DNA from: Lenisia limosa
Taxonomy: Eukaryota > Protista > Breviatea
Length of the DNA: 64,000 nucleotides
Reading direction: 5' to 3'
NCBI GenBank assembly: GCA_001655205.1
Contig: LPNZ01005888.1
Coordinates: 1-64,000 of the forward strand
Shown here: piece by piece, positions 63,501-64,000 of the stretch
Position numbering within the stretch: the stretch's first letter is position 1
How the letters are laid out: each line of letters starts with the position of its first letter
Made by a program: the position numbers and the translations under genes
Notes under the pieces: model-generated
What the model was told of the DNA's origin: nothing
The model's database searches: none
Seen by the model: only the letters and a program-made list of their open reading frames with translations

Positions 63501-64000
63501 TTGTCATCACCTGAACATGTGACAATGCAATACATATATATATATATTATGTGAGTTACTCACAAAACAGACCTTCATGAACGGGATCAGCCATGTGAAT
63601 TTCTTCACCAGTGAGAGGATTGACAATTTTCTGGGTCTAAAGATTAGAGAGAATCCATCTCCCAAGGGGTATCAATTCTTACCTCAGGTATTCCGCCTTC
63701 GTTCCCTTTGTAGAACTCCTGAATTTCAACCAAATCTTCTGCTCCCTATAATTGTTAAAACAGAAATCCAAAGGTCGAAGAGTAAACAGCCAACATACTG
63801 CCTCTCCTTCAAGAGTCTTGGCAAACGATGTCAGGAGAGACTTCATCTTTTGAAGGTCTTCTTTCTCATTTCCAGAACTTTTACCAATACCAAGAGATCC
63901 AGTTACGGTTTCTCCCTTCTTTGGGGCAGTCTTCTGCTTACCACCAGAAGGCATCATTCTGTGTTTGCGAATATCAGAATATCTCTCGAAGTCGCGAACG
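60541..64000 (-). CDS. Large hypothetical protein, one gene or possibly two, truncated at the window end; Cys-rich and charged segments
   Basis: Open exons: KSLLTSFAKTLEGE, DEDPYVPTPEYFFKKLRKE, CWECGTCFK, RCCFCLTKLNCFICLHSFC, PIPGSMLDDYYKSLPESYKEAIAYLE; last exon ends KVSKFKSQIR*. Confidence 0.55.

Noticed and set aside
1-64000. CRISPR arrays, tRNAs, rRNAs, telomeric arrays, transposase or reverse-transcriptase ORFs
   Set aside because: None seen on reading both strands; content of the N-gaps cannot be assessed.

Overview
This window is eukaryotic nuclear DNA from a scaffold with 9 N-gaps, in a compact, very intron-dense genome. Most introns are about 35-60 nt and GT-AG, and the standard genetic code fits every gene I could splice by hand, so the supplied ORF track mostly shows exon fragments. 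About 23-25 protein genes are packed with short spacers, mostly as head-to-head pairs. Recognisable genes: EMC6, a Yar1-like and two other ankyrin proteins, a bacterial-type cupin, a CFAP92-like protein, a GT-B-fold glycosyltransferase-like protein, GPAA1, HINT, cytosolic IleRS, casein kinase 1, a membrane-anchored Endonuclease I, IFT139/TTC21, an LRR-PP2C, a countin-like saposin protein, DNAJB12/14, a multi-cNMP-binding LRR protein and an RDD protein. IFT139 and the CFAP92-like gene imply a flagellated organism; an amoebozoan-like protist is plausible but not established. I found no rRNA, tRNA or CRISPR array. The most unusual non-genic signals are: (1) an unidentified interspersed repeat at 1-130 (minus strand) and about 39947-40117 (plus strand), whose second copy appears to interrupt an LRR exon without a splice donor and carries an AG|GT junction; (2) recurrent TATATCATAT-based palindromes; (3) a 78-bp Tc1/mariner-type MITE with TA target duplication; (4) AGATCT/AAATCT clusters in divergent promoters; (5) short tandem duplications inside introns. 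Exon boundaries were inferred by eye, and starts or ends next to gaps are approximate.
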